Shown in pieces: positions 37,659 through 47,149 of a stretch of DNA of 64,000 nucleotides. The notes beneath the pieces were generated by a model that made no database searches, was not told the DNA's origin, and worked only from the letters and a program-made list of their open reading frames with translations. Position 1 is the stretch's first letter. Each line of letters begins with the position of its first letter. Origin of the DNA: Akkermansia muciniphila (GTDB taxonomy: Bacteria > Verrucomicrobiota > Verrucomicrobiia > Limisphaerales > UBA9464); assembly GCA_945861565.1 (NCBI GenBank), contig CAMAUY010000013.1, positions 5,441 through 69,440 on the forward strand. The letters are read 5' to 3'. The position numbers were made by a program, and so were the translations under genes.

Positions 37659-37856
37659 GGGCGCTCACTCATAAGGGTAAGAAATGGGCAAATCGGGGTC
37701 TGCGACGACTGCGACCGTCAACACCATGAAGATCTCGTCGCCTCCCGCTGGATTACCGGTGGGTGGCAGACGAGTGCGGACCTGACCGGGCGGCCTTGAA
37801 TCTGGATCCTCGAATTCGTATCGAATAATTGGTGTGAGCGTGGTTCCATCAAGGGG

Positions 37857-39236
37857 ATGCAAATCACAAACCTGAATCCGGATTCGGATATTGGAGCCAC
37901 TTCCTGGTGGGTGGAATTCGAAGGACACCGCCTGCTGCTCGATGCTGGAACGCACCCGAAACGGGAGGGGCGGGCCAGTCTGCCGCGCTACGATCTCGTG
38001 GATGGACAGGAGTTGGACGCTCTCGTATTGACCCACTGCCACCATGACCATGTGGGATCTTTGCCGGTTGCTCTGCACCATTTCCCGCGAGCCCACGTGC
38101 TGATGACCGAGTTGAGCTATCACCTTGTGGAGCGGGTCCTGCATAATTCTGTCAACGTGATGCAGCGTCAGCGAGATGAGTTGGGGATCCGTGAATACCC
38201 GTTGTACACGCACCAGGAGGTCGATGATTTTGCGGCGGTGTTCCAAGGATTTCAATACAGCCGGGAGATTGAGTGGGCGCAGTTCCCCCGCCGCCGGGCC
38301 GGTTCCCGGTTGCCGACCCTCGAGTTTCTGGACGCGGGGCATGCACTGGGCTCGGCCGGGGTTATGGTGAGGGGCGAACGTCAGACTCTATTTTTCACAG
38401 GCGATGTTTGTTTTCATGACCAGACATTGCTGCGGCGGGCGGATTTTGGGGACGTTCGGGCCGATGTTTTGGTGATGGAAACGACTCGCGGTAACAAGGC
38501 CACGCCCGTGGGCTTCACCCGGGAGGCGGAGATCGAGCGGTTGGCAACCCAGCTCGAAAAAGTACTGGCGGGACGGGGCAGTGTGTTGATTCCCGCCTTC
38601 GCTTTGGGGCGCACGCAGGAGATATTGGCGACGCTGGCTCTCTTAATGAAGGCCGGCCGACTGAAACCGCAACCGGTTTACATCGGTGGACTCGGGCGCG
38701 TCTTCACCGAAATCTACGACCTCGAATCCCACCGCGTGAACCGGAACCACACGAACCTTAAGCTGACCCACGCCCTGAATCTTCAAGTCTTGTCGGGCAA
38801 TGATTCCCAGGGTGTCCGGCTCAGTCCGGGCCGAATCTTTGTTCTTACGTCGGGTATGATGGTGGAAAAAACGGCGGCACATGACCTCGCCCTGCGATTG
38901 TTTGCCGACGAAAAACACGCGATCTTTTTCGTGGGCTACACGGATCCCAGCACTCCGGGGGGACGTCTCAGGGCGTCGCAGCGTGGTGAAAAATTCCACT
39001 TCAGTGGGGCCTCGGGTGAGGTGGTACGGAATTGTGCGATCCACGAGTTCGACCTCACGGCGCATGCATTTCGTGAAGATCTGCTTGAATTTGTTGGACA
39101 GGTGCGGCCCCGAACTGTGGTGCTCGGTCATGGCGATGCTCCCGCCCGGGCCTGGTTTGCCTTGGCGATTCAACAAAAGTTTCCAAGGATCAAAGTTTTT
39201 CAGCCGGGGCCGGGGGAGAAGGTGGTGGCGGATTGA
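37857..39236 (+). CDS. MBL-fold metallo-hydrolase, beta-CASP RNA-metabolising type
   Basis: It has LVLTHCHHDHVGSLP (HxHxDH), beta-CASP-like motifs in the later part, and a terminal histidine motif (VVLGHGD). Confidence 0.85.
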   Translation: MQITNLNPDSDIGATSWWVEFEGHRLLLDAGTHPKREGRASLPRYDLVDGQELDALVLTHCHHDHVGSLPVALHHFPRAHVLMTELSYHLVERVLHNSVNVMQRQRDELGIREYPLYTHQEVDDFAAVFQGFQYSREIEWAQFPRRRAGSRLPTLEFLDAGHALGSAGVMVRGERQTLFFTGDVCFHDQTLLRRADFGDVRADVLVMETTRGNKATPVGFTREAEIERLATQLEKVLAGRGSVLIPAFALGRTQEILATLALLMKAGRLKPQPVYIGGLGRVFTEIYDLESHRVNRNHTNLKLTHALNLQVLSGNDSQGVRLSPGRIFVLTSGMMVEKTAAHDLALRLFADEKHAIFFVGYTDPSTPGGRLRASQRGEKFHFSGASGEVVRNCAIHEFDLTAHAFREDLLEFVGQVRPRTVVLGHGDAPARAWFALAIQQKFPRIKVFQPGPGEKVVAD

Positions 39237-39684
39237 CCGTCAGCCAACCATCGCTAAGAATTTGGGCGCGAAGCCCGCCGCGTCCCTGGAGCCATTGTTC
39301 GGCGCCCGGTCCAATCGCTTGGTCCATCCAATAGCAGGGCCTGCATTCTTCGCTGCCACGGAATCGAACTCCCTGGATTTCAAATTCCTGATTTACCAGG
39401 GAATTAAGGTCTGCGGTCGCCAACAAGACGTTCCGGCGGGTCGCCGCGAAGGAAACCAATGGCCACCTTCCCTCCGCTATCATTGCAGCGAGCACGCCCG
39501 AGGCAAAGAAGGTGATCTGGCGTACAGTGTTTCCCGGGTGGTCAAAAAATCGGTCACCACGAATTCCCCTTCCGGCGATACATTCGCAGACAGAAACGAG
39601 ATCGACGGGATGCTGACCGGGGGAGCAACCATGATACCCGACAAAATTGTGAGCCGATGACCGGCTGAGGGCGAGCACGAGCAC
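39190..39684 (-). CDS. MOSC domain-containing protein
   Basis: The 164-aa ORF has MOSC-like segments (IAGRGIRGDRF, ECRPCYWMDQ). It starts with GTG and overlaps the 3' end of the MBL gene in convergent orientation. Confidence 0.7.
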   Translation of the reverse strand: MLVLALSRSSAHNFVGYHGCSPGQHPVDLVSVCECIAGRGIRGDRFFDHPGNTVRQITFFASGVLAAMIAEGRWPLVSFAATRRNVLLATADLNSLVNQEFEIQGVRFRGSEECRPCYWMDQAIGPGAEQWLQGRGGLRAQILSDGWLTVNPPPPSPPAPAEKL

Positions 39685-39956
39685 AATCTTCGTTAGCTGT
39701 GAAACCGGCTGTTAGCAACTTCCGTTGACCTTTAACGGCGCTGCGAATTTCGCCGAATTTCGTGTAAATTGAATGATTCTTGAGCATCACGGAGGCTGCC
39801 GTGTCCCAGAGACGTGATGCTTTCAGCTCCTAGCCGACAATCACTTGTGAGGAAATCTGTTTGACATGAATCGTCCCCGTCCATAAAACGCTCAAGCAAT
39901 CTACTCCAATGCCCTTGATGGGCTGTCTTTCCAAGAGTGTGAATCGTCAATTTGCC

Positions 39957-41246
39957 ATGAAAAAGTTCATTCAAGCCGCCGGGTTGCTGACCGCTGCGGG
40001 TGCTGCATCCTTCTGCCACGCCTCATCGCTATCCGCTGGCGATCCGTCTCGCCCCTGGTCCGTCTCGGGCGTAGTCAAGGGGTTCTACGACGACAACATG
40101 TTCGCGGCCCCCGACGGCCCGAACAAAGTCGAGAGCTTCGGCTTCGATGTTGGCCCGTCCATCAACTTAAACCTACCGATGGATCAGACCCTTCTGACCC
40201 TAGGCTACCAGTTTAACGCGCGTTGGTTCGAGGCCCGCGATAATGATCAGTGGGATCTTTACCATGCCTTCAACGGGCGCTTGAGCCATACGTTTAGCCC
40301 GCGGTTTAAGTTGGATTTGGATGAAACGTTCACCATTGCCCAGGAACCCGAGCAATTCGGAAACGTCGGAGGAGCGGCGGTCCCATTCCGATCGAGCGGA
40401 GACAACATCATCAATCGGGCCGGTGCCGATTTTACCGCCGTCCTGACGCGAACCCTGAGCACGGTCATAAGCTACCATAACAATCTGTATAATTACACCG
40501 ACGACTTGATTCCATTCGGCCCTGTGTTTCCGGATGGCACGCAGGCGACGGTCGCTTCGTACGGACCGCTCCTCGATCGCATCGAACATGAGATTGGAGG
40601 GGATTTGCGGTACGAGTTTACTACCAGCACGGTGGGCCGCCTCGGTTACCAGTATGGAATCTATGATTACGACAAGCGGGATATTTCCGACAACACCGCG
40701 CATTACGTTTTTGCGGGAGCGGACCATGCCTTTAGCTCCCAGTTGCAGGGCAGTATTCGCGGCGGCGTGGAAATGCGTGATTATGACAATGCAGCGACCC
40801 ACTCAACGGACACTTCACCACGTGGCGAAGGTAGCCTAACGTACCAGTATCGAGCCGACAGCAGTGTGAATATGGGTGCATTCCATCGGCGGGCAGCGAC
40901 CGACGTCATCTTGACAGGACCGGCCGAGGTGGTGACCGATGCGCGGACAACAGCAGGTTATGTGGGACTGCGCCATGCAATTACCCCTAAGTTAAAGGGT
41001 AACCTGACGGCCATATATCAGCATTCTACTTATCAGTACGCGGGAGAGGGTCTCACCGATGATGAAGGTTACTTCGGCATTGGTGTCGGTATGCAATACG
41101 CATTCACCCGCTGGTTATCGGCTGAAGCCAATTACTATTTTGATGATCGAGACTCGACCATTCGCAATGGGGTATTTGGTGGATTTGCCGACTCGTACGA
41201 TTATTCCCGTAATCGATTCTTTCTCGGAGTCCGTCTCCGTTACTAA
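39957..41246 (+). CDS. outer-membrane beta-barrel protein linked to the polysaccharide export module
   Basis: It has the signal peptide MKKFIQAAGLLTAAGAASFCHA and alternating-hydrophobicity strands throughout. The C-terminus ends in an aromatic residue (FFLGVRLRY), which is typical of OMP barrels. Confidence 0.6.
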   Translation: MKKFIQAAGLLTAAGAASFCHASSLSAGDPSRPWSVSGVVKGFYDDNMFAAPDGPNKVESFGFDVGPSINLNLPMDQTLLTLGYQFNARWFEARDNDQWDLYHAFNGRLSHTFSPRFKLDLDETFTIAQEPEQFGNVGGAAVPFRSSGDNIINRAGADFTAVLTRTLSTVISYHNNLYNYTDDLIPFGPVFPDGTQATVASYGPLLDRIEHEIGGDLRYEFTTSTVGRLGYQYGIYDYDKRDISDNTAHYVFAGADHAFSSQLQGSIRGGVEMRDYDNAATHSTDTSPRGEGSLTYQYRADSSVNMGAFHRRAATDVILTGPAEVVTDARTTAGYVGLRHAITPKLKGNLTAIYQHSTYQYAGEGLTDDEGYFGIGVGMQYAFTRWLSAEANYYFDDRDSTIRNGVFGGFADSYDYSRNRFFLGVRLRY

Positions 41247-41316
41247 GTGGCTGGTGGTCTGATTTTTTCCGGACTGGAGGCTGGGAAATTTTTCTAGCCT
41301 CCTTTCTTTTTATCGC

Positions 41317-43494
41317 ATGGAAATTCCTCAAAAGTCCGCAATCACGCAGGAGAGTAAGCTCCACTTCCTCGATTATTGGCGAATCATTCGCATTCGAAAG
41401 ACGATCATTCTTTCCGTTTTTCTGCTGATTCTGCTGACGGCTATCGCGGTGACGTTCTATCTCCCGAAGGCCTATGCTGGAATTGCGCGGATGAAAGTGG
41501 AGAAAGATACGCCCGATATCTCATTGCTCGGGGGGGCTGGGCTTCAGCAGCAGTACGACCCGTATTGGCTTCTCACAGAGTTTGAAGTGATTCGGTCGCC
41601 AAAGATTCTTGAACCGGTCATTGAGATCATGAAGCTCAACGAGGACTACGCTCGCCGGTACAAATCCGAGACCCCGTTTACGATTTCTGACACTTTCCCC
41701 TTCTTGTCGCGTGATGTGGAAGTGAATCAGTACCGCAATACGAGTGTGCTCGAAGTGAAGGTGTTTCATCCTTCAGCCGAAATGTCCGCGCAGATTGCGA
41801 ATGCCATTGTCCGCGAGTACCAGGAATACCGCAGCGAGTCGCGAAATTCGCGATCTCGCCGCGGCCTTTCGGCACTGACCAACGAGTTGGCGCAACTCAA
41901 AATTGAAGTTTTCAACGCTCGGGCCCATGTCGACAAACTGGGCAAGGACTTGAAAGTTTCCGATATCATCCGCGATTCCGCATCGGTCCAGACCCTGGAC
42001 GCGACCCGGATGACCCATCTGGAGCAACTCAAGACGGAAGCGGAAGCCAGTCTTGCCGCCAATCAGGAAATGCTCGCGCAGATGGCGACCAAGACCGATG
42101 ACGCCTTGGTGGATTTCCTGGCGGCTTCGTCGGCTACGGCGGAATTAACCAGTCTTATTGGAAAACGTAATGACGGTCGTCAGGCGGTTTCAATCCTCCT
42201 CGCGGACCACGGAGAGAATCACCCTTCGGTTAAGCGGATTATGGACGGACTGAAGACGGTCGAGATTCAGATCAACGCCCAGGTTACGGCAATCATTGAG
42301 GCCCGCAAGACGCTTGTGGCCAAAGACCGTGCCACCGCAGACAAAATTTCTTCCAGCCTTGTTGAGGCGATTGACAAGAGTGCCTCTGAAAATGCGCGCA
42401 TTGGCCCGTACATAACTGCCAAGCGGGATCTAGAAAGTAAGGAGGTCCTATTTCGGGCATTGACGGGTAAGAAATGGCAGGAGCAATTGGATTCCCAGAT
42501 ATCCAAATCATCCTCCGTCGAGGTCATCGCCGAGGCGAAGCCCGCCAAGCGTGCCGTGAAGCCCAATACCGCGCTGAACATCGCGTTGGGAACTTTAATC
42601 GGCCTTCTGGTCGGTGTTGGTCTGGCCTTCTTCATCGAATATCTCGATACGTCCGTTAAGACAATTGATGACGTGGAGCAAGCTCTGCAAGCCCCGGTGC
42701 TGGGGGTTATTCCACAGAATGTTGGAACCCTCCTGAACGAAGGGGCGGACAGTCCCCATGCCGAGGCTTACCGGGTTCTGCGCACCAACGTGCTGTTTTC
42801 ACGAAAGGATCCTAACTTGCGCACCATGACCGTCGTCAGCGGTGGCGCGGGTGAGGGAAAATCCACGACGATTTTCAATTTGGCTACGATCTTTGCTCAA
42901 CAAGGCAGCCGAGTTCTTGTGGTTGACTCGGACCTTCGCCGACCGAGCCTTCACAAGATCATGAACGTGTCCAATACGATTGGACTCACGAACTATCTCT
43001 TGAACCAGAACAAGCTCGAGGAAGTGGTGCAGACGACCAAGTTGCCGTCTCTTGATTTCCTCCCTTCTGGGAAACTTCCCAGCAGCTCAATGGGCATCCT
43101 AAACTCTGTTCGGATGAAAGAATTCATTCAAGAAGTGAAGAGCCGGTATGACTTCGTTTTCTTTGATTCCCCTCCAATCATGGGCGTCAGTGACGCCTCA
43201 GTTTTGGCGAGTGAGGTCGACATGGCTATTTTGGTCGTTCAATATCGCAAGTATCCACAGCAGATGACATTGCGAGCCAAGCAAATGGTGGAAAAAGTCG
43301 GCGGTCGCCTGCTGGGAGTTGTCCTGAATAACATCAATATTTCTCAAGATAGCTACTACTATTATTACAGCGGCTACTACTACGACTACTATTCGAAGAA
43401 TGACGACAGCAAGCCGTCCAACGAGAAGAAGGGTGGGTCTGGCAAGGGTAGCGACCCTTCCAAGCCCGCACTTGATCTCAAGCAGAAGTTTTGA
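41317..43494 (+). CDS. polysaccharide biosynthesis tyrosine autokinase (Wzc/GumC-like chain-length determinant plus BY-kinase)
   Basis: It has an N-terminal Wzz-like TM and coiled-coil region, Walker A GGAGEGKSTT, Walker A' VVDSDLRRP, and a C-terminal Tyr cluster YYYYYSGYYYDYY. Confidence 0.9.
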   Translation: MEIPQKSAITQESKLHFLDYWRIIRIRKTIILSVFLLILLTAIAVTFYLPKAYAGIARMKVEKDTPDISLLGGAGLQQQYDPYWLLTEFEVIRSPKILEPVIEIMKLNEDYARRYKSETPFTISDTFPFLSRDVEVNQYRNTSVLEVKVFHPSAEMSAQIANAIVREYQEYRSESRNSRSRRGLSALTNELAQLKIEVFNARAHVDKLGKDLKVSDIIRDSASVQTLDATRMTHLEQLKTEAEASLAANQEMLAQMATKTDDALVDFLAASSATAELTSLIGKRNDGRQAVSILLADHGENHPSVKRIMDGLKTVEIQINAQVTAIIEARKTLVAKDRATADKISSSLVEAIDKSASENARIGPYITAKRDLESKEVLFRALTGKKWQEQLDSQISKSSSVEVIAEAKPAKRAVKPNTALNIALGTLIGLLVGVGLAFFIEYLDTSVKTIDDVEQALQAPVLGVIPQNVGTLLNEGADSPHAEAYRVLRTNVLFSRKDPNLRTMTVVSGGAGEGKSTTIFNLATIFAQQGSRVLVVDSDLRRPSLHKIMNVSNTIGLTNYLLNQNKLEEVVQTTKLPSLDFLPSGKLPSSSMGILNSVRMKEFIQEVKSRYDFVFFDSPPIMGVSDASVLASEVDMAILVVQYRKYPQQMTLRAKQMVEKVGGRLLGVVLNNINISQDSYYYYYSGYYYDYYSKNDDSKPSNEKKGGSGKGSDPSKPALDLKQKF

Positions 43495-43529
43495 ACGAAA
43501 CGGCGGCTTCATTGACTCTTTTACCGACG

Positions 43530-44276
43530 ATGTTACGTATTCTTATTCGGTTTCCGCTCGGGCGGTTGATCCCTAGAGGGGTGCTTTCGCTCGCTGGGGT
43601 TTTACTCCTTTTCTTCGCGTCGACAACGCGTGCTGCCGATCCGGCTGCCACGGAGTCGACCGGTAGCACGGCCGAAAAGAAGAAAACAACTGTTCCGGAG
43701 GGGAAGGCTGCCGGCGGTGGAAAGGCCACTCCGCAAGGCGATGCTTCCGGAAAAAACCCCGTATCTGTGTTTGGGGCTGCGGCCGGCAGCATGGATGTGC
43801 TTCGGATGGGAGATTCCATTTCCGTGATCTATTCGGATATTCCGTCACCGCCGGCTGCGTCCACTCAACAGATTCGAGAGGACGGGAAGATCACGCTCCA
43901 TCTAAACTACACGGTCGTCGCGGCCGGAAAGACCCGGGGCGATTTGGAGCGAGAAATTCGGGACCTTTATGTCATCCGTGAGAAGGTTTACCGCGACATA
44001 ACCATCGCCATCCAGACCGCGACGCGGTTTGTGTCCGTTGGCGGCGAGGTGCGCACTCCGGGTGCCTTGCCCCACAACGGCGATCTGACCGTTCTTAAGG
44101 TGATCAACGCGGCGGGTGGTTTCACTGATTTCGCCAAGAAGACTAGCGTCGTGGTCACTCGGGCATCCGATAAGTCTCAGATTACCGTTAATTGTAACCG
44201 GGCACTAAAGGATCCATCGAGAGACCTCCCTGTATTCCCGGGCGACGTCGTCTTCGTCAAAAAGAGTATCTGGTAA
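43530..44276 (+). CDS. polysaccharide export protein (Wza-like, Poly_export plus SLBB)
   Basis: It has LRMGDSISVIY, IREDGKITLHLNYTVVAAGKT and VSVGGEVRTPGAL. The ORF-track TTG start at 43491 overlaps the Wzc stop; the ATG at 43530 gives a signal peptide. Confidence 0.85.
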   Translation: MLRILIRFPLGRLIPRGVLSLAGVLLLFFASTTRAADPAATESTGSTAEKKKTTVPEGKAAGGGKATPQGDASGKNPVSVFGAAAGSMDVLRMGDSISVIYSDIPSPPAASTQQIREDGKITLHLNYTVVAAGKTRGDLEREIRDLYVIREKVYRDITIAIQTATRFVSVGGEVRTPGALPHNGDLTVLKVINAAGGFTDFAKKTSVVVTRASDKSQITVNCNRALKDPSRDLPVFPGDVVFVKKSIW

Positions 44277-44662
44277 TGGTAGAGCTCCGGATACTGTCAG
44301 GCCGACGGTCTTCGGAAGTCATTTCGCTCACCGCCTTCCCTTTTCGGATTGGTCGGGCAGCGGATGCCGAGCTTACCCTGCGGGAGCCTGGCGTGTGGGA
44401 AAGTCACTGCCGGATCGAACCGGACGAACCCCTTGGATTTCGCGTCGTTGCAGAGGGTGATGCGATAGTTTCGTTTGACGGCAAGCCCACGCACCAGCAC
44501 CGGCTTCGCAATGGGGAGTCGTTTGAGTGCGGTAGTATTCGGTTCCGTTTCCTGGTTACTCCGGCAAATCGGCGCCCGGGTCAACTCGGTGCCATCCTTA
44601 CGTGGGGCCTGCTTGCTGTCATCTTGGTGATTGAGTTAGGACTGCTTTGGTGGTTTCGATAA
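44276..44662 (+). CDS. FHA domain protein with a C-terminal transmembrane helix
   Basis: FPFRIGRAADAELTL...SHCRIE...NGESFECGSIRFRF fits the FHA fold, and the C-terminal segment LGAILTWGLLAVILVIELGLLWWF is hydrophobic. Its start overlaps the Wza stop (TAATG). Confidence 0.7.
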   Translation: MVELRILSGRRSSEVISLTAFPFRIGRAADAELTLREPGVWESHCRIEPDEPLGFRVVAEGDAIVSFDGKPTHQHRLRNGESFECGSIRFRFLVTPANRRPGQLGAILTWGLLAVILVIELGLLWWFR

Positions 44663-44742
44663 AGCGTTCTCTGTCACCGGGGATTGAGACTTTGGGTGCA
44701 GAGGTGACGAAAGAAAGAAATCAACCAGTAGCCTCGCACAAT

Positions 44743-45495
44743 ATGACAACGTCAACGAACTCCAAACCATTCAACTGTCTTGCCAGGAACACCGTTCGGG
44801 CAGTCATTGTCGCATTGGCGATGTCAGCCGGCTGCAGTTCGCTCCCGGACGACGGAACGACAGCGTTAAACGGTCTTCGCCCGACGGAGTTAAAGCAGGG
44901 ATGGGAGTTGCTGTTTGACGGTTCATCCCTGAATGGATGGCGTGGTTTCGGAAAACCGGAGGCTCCTACCCAGGGGTGGATGGTAGAGGGGGGATGGCTT
45001 AAACATCGGGCGGGCGGCGGCGGTGGCGACCTGATCACTCGCAAGGTCTTTACGGATTTTGATCTTAGCTTCGAATGGCAAATTGCACCGGGTGGGAACA
45101 GCGGGGTGAAGTACTTCATCGACGAACGCCGTGGAGCACCGACTGGCCACGAGTACCAGTTGATTGATGACCGAACCAATCCGGACGCTGCCCGCGGTCC
45201 GAAGCGGCAGACTGCGGCTTTGTACGACGCCCTCGCTGCCGTAAGATATGCTCCTGCGCTCCCCGGAGTTGTTCACCAATCTAGGATCAAGGTGGAGGGC
45301 CAAAATATTGAGCATTGGTTGGATGGCAATCGCGTTCTGAGTTACGAGCTGGGAAGTCCCCTCCTGATGGCTGCAAAGGCGCAGAGTAAGTTTCGGGACG
45401 TTTTCGGCTGGGGAACAAAGTTTCCTACTCCCATCCTCCTCCAGGATCACGGGGACGAAATCTGGTTCCGAAACCTGAAGATTCGTCGGCTCTAG
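44743..45495 (+). CDS. DUF1080 (3-keto-disaccharide hydrolase-like) domain protein
   Basis: It has GWELLFDGSSLNGWRGFG, FDLSFEWQIAPGGNSGVKY and IWFRNLKIR. The N-terminus is lipoprotein-like (ALAMSAGC). Confidence 0.8.
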   Translation: MTTSTNSKPFNCLARNTVRAVIVALAMSAGCSSLPDDGTTALNGLRPTELKQGWELLFDGSSLNGWRGFGKPEAPTQGWMVEGGWLKHRAGGGGGDLITRKVFTDFDLSFEWQIAPGGNSGVKYFIDERRGAPTGHEYQLIDDRTNPDAARGPKRQTAALYDALAAVRYAPALPGVVHQSRIKVEGQNIEHWLDGNRVLSYELGSPLLMAAKAQSKFRDVFGWGTKFPTPILLQDHGDEIWFRNLKIRRL

Positions 45496-45531
45496 GCGAG
45501 CGTGGGCGCGGCCCCGGGTGGGGCGGAGCGG

Positions 45532-46461
45532 TCAGCGTTCCCCCACCGCGAGCAGAGTCTCAAAATGTGGGGGCTGATCTTCGCGTGCCACAACGCTGAT
45601 TTCAATCTTCCGGAATCCGGCGACTTCCATCCAGCGGTGCAAGTCGCCTTCATCAAAACCGAGGAATTGATCGCCGTAGAGTTCCCGTGCTTGTTCGAAC
45701 CGATGCTTCACCAAATCGAGTATCATCAACTGTCCGCCGGGCTTCAGGATCCGTCTCGCGCCGACAATCGCCCGTGCTGGATCCGTCGCGTGATGCAGTG
45801 CCTGGCTTAGGATCACCAAGTCCACCGAGGACGACTCCACGGGCGGATTTTCGAGATCCCCCAGCCGGAATTCGAGATTCTTGAGCCCATTCTGGCGGGC
45901 TTTGCGGGCGCCAAAGGTGACCATCTTTTCGCAGTTATCCACCGCAACGACCTTGCGGCAACGGCGAGCGAGGAGTTCGGCCAGCAATCCCTCACCCGAT
46001 CCGAGATCGGCCACGACGAGTGGCGGTAGGATGCGGAGCAACAGATGGCCGAATGCCTGCCACGATCTCCCGGGGCCATAGCTACGATCAAAACGGCCCG
46101 CCACCTGATTGAAATAAACGGTTGCCATTTCGTTCCGTCGAGCGAGAACGCGCTTCAGGTTCAATTGGTCGGCCTCGCTCTCGGGTAGTTCCTGCGCGCC
46201 GCGGACGCCCAAGTGGATGAACTCATGCGCGGCGGCATCGGCAGTGGAATTCAGTCGATAAAACGCCCGCTTGCCCTCGCGACGCGACGTTAGTAGGCCC
46301 GTTTCTGTGAGGAGTCCCAGATGGGTGGAGATGCGCGATTGCCCGAGGCGTGTGATTTCCTGGAGTTCATGGACGGACAATTCATCCCGCTGCAGCAGGG
46401 CGACGATGCGGAGTCGGGTCGGGTCGGCGAGAGCCCGGAGCGATTTCAGGGTTGCGGACAC
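45532..46461 (-). CDS. ArsR/SmtB-family transcriptional regulator fused to a class I SAM-dependent methyltransferase
   Basis: It has the HTH ALADPTRLRIVALL..LSVHELQEITRLGQSRISTHL, followed by methyltransferase motif I VADLGSGEG. The start codon is GTG. Confidence 0.85.
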   Translation of the reverse strand: MSATLKSLRALADPTRLRIVALLQRDELSVHELQEITRLGQSRISTHLGLLTETGLLTSRREGKRAFYRLNSTADAAAHEFIHLGVRGAQELPESEADQLNLKRVLARRNEMATVYFNQVAGRFDRSYGPGRSWQAFGHLLLRILPPLVVADLGSGEGLLAELLARRCRKVVAVDNCEKMVTFGARKARQNGLKNLEFRLGDLENPPVESSSVDLVILSQALHHATDPARAIVGARRILKPGGQLMILDLVKHRFEQARELYGDQFLGFDEGDLHRWMEVAGFRKIEISVVAREDQPPHFETLLAVGER

Positions 46462-46600
46462 GCCGGCTACTCAACACGAGAGCGGGGCTTGGGCGCAACT
46501 CTTCGAGTAAGATCTTCGAACGTGCGAGCCCATCGACACCTTTCGAATTGAAGTTGCGTTTTCAGGTGTTTCCCCCTAGCGTCGGTGGACCGAAAGCGCT

Positions 46601-47149
46601 ATGGACGATTCACCGCACACGCCGAGTTCAGACCGGCGCGAGTTCTTTAAAAAGGCGTCTGCCATCGTGCTGGGAGGGGTCTCAACAGCAGTTCCCATCG
46701 CAGCGGGCGTGCAATTCCTCTTGGATCCTTTGGGACGCAAGGCGGGTGCTGGAGAACCTGTTCGCGTGACGACTCTCGACGCATTGCCGGTCGATGGCGT
46801 TCCCAGACAGTTTGCGATTGTTGCCGGGCGATCGGATGTTTGGAACCGTTATCCGGCGTCGCCAATTGGTGCCGTGTATTTGCGCCGCGTCACAGAAAAC
46901 AAGATTGAAGCGCTGCATGCGGGATGTCCGCACGCGGGTTGCTTTGTGGATTACGCCGCGGGGCGCAGCGGATTTTTCTGCCCGTGCCACAACAGTAGTT
47001 TCGCACTCGACGGTAAGATATCCGACGCCAAGAGTCCCAGCCCGCGCGCGATGGACACGCTCGAAGTGGAAGTGCGAAACGGGACTGAAGTGTGGGTGAA
47101 ATTCCAAAACTTCCAGGCGGGACATGCGGAAAAAGTCCCCGTCGCATGA
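46601..47149 (+). CDS. Rieske (2Fe-2S) protein with Tat signal
   Basis: It has RREFFKKASAIVLGG and the Rieske boxes CPHAGC and CPCHNS. Its stop overlaps the next start (ATGA). Confidence 0.85.
   Translation: MDDSPHTPSSDRREFFKKASAIVLGGVSTAVPIAAGVQFLLDPLGRKAGAGEPVRVTTLDALPVDGVPRQFAIVAGRSDVWNRYPASPIGAVYLRRVTENKIEALHAGCPHAGCFVDYAAGRSGFFCPCHNSSFALDGKISDAKSPSPRAMDTLEVEVRNGTEVWVKFQNFQAGHAEKVPVA

Noticed and set aside
37665-38342. A 225-aa minus-strand ORF
   Set aside because: It is mostly antisense to the MBL/beta-CASP gene, which has clear HxHxDH motifs.
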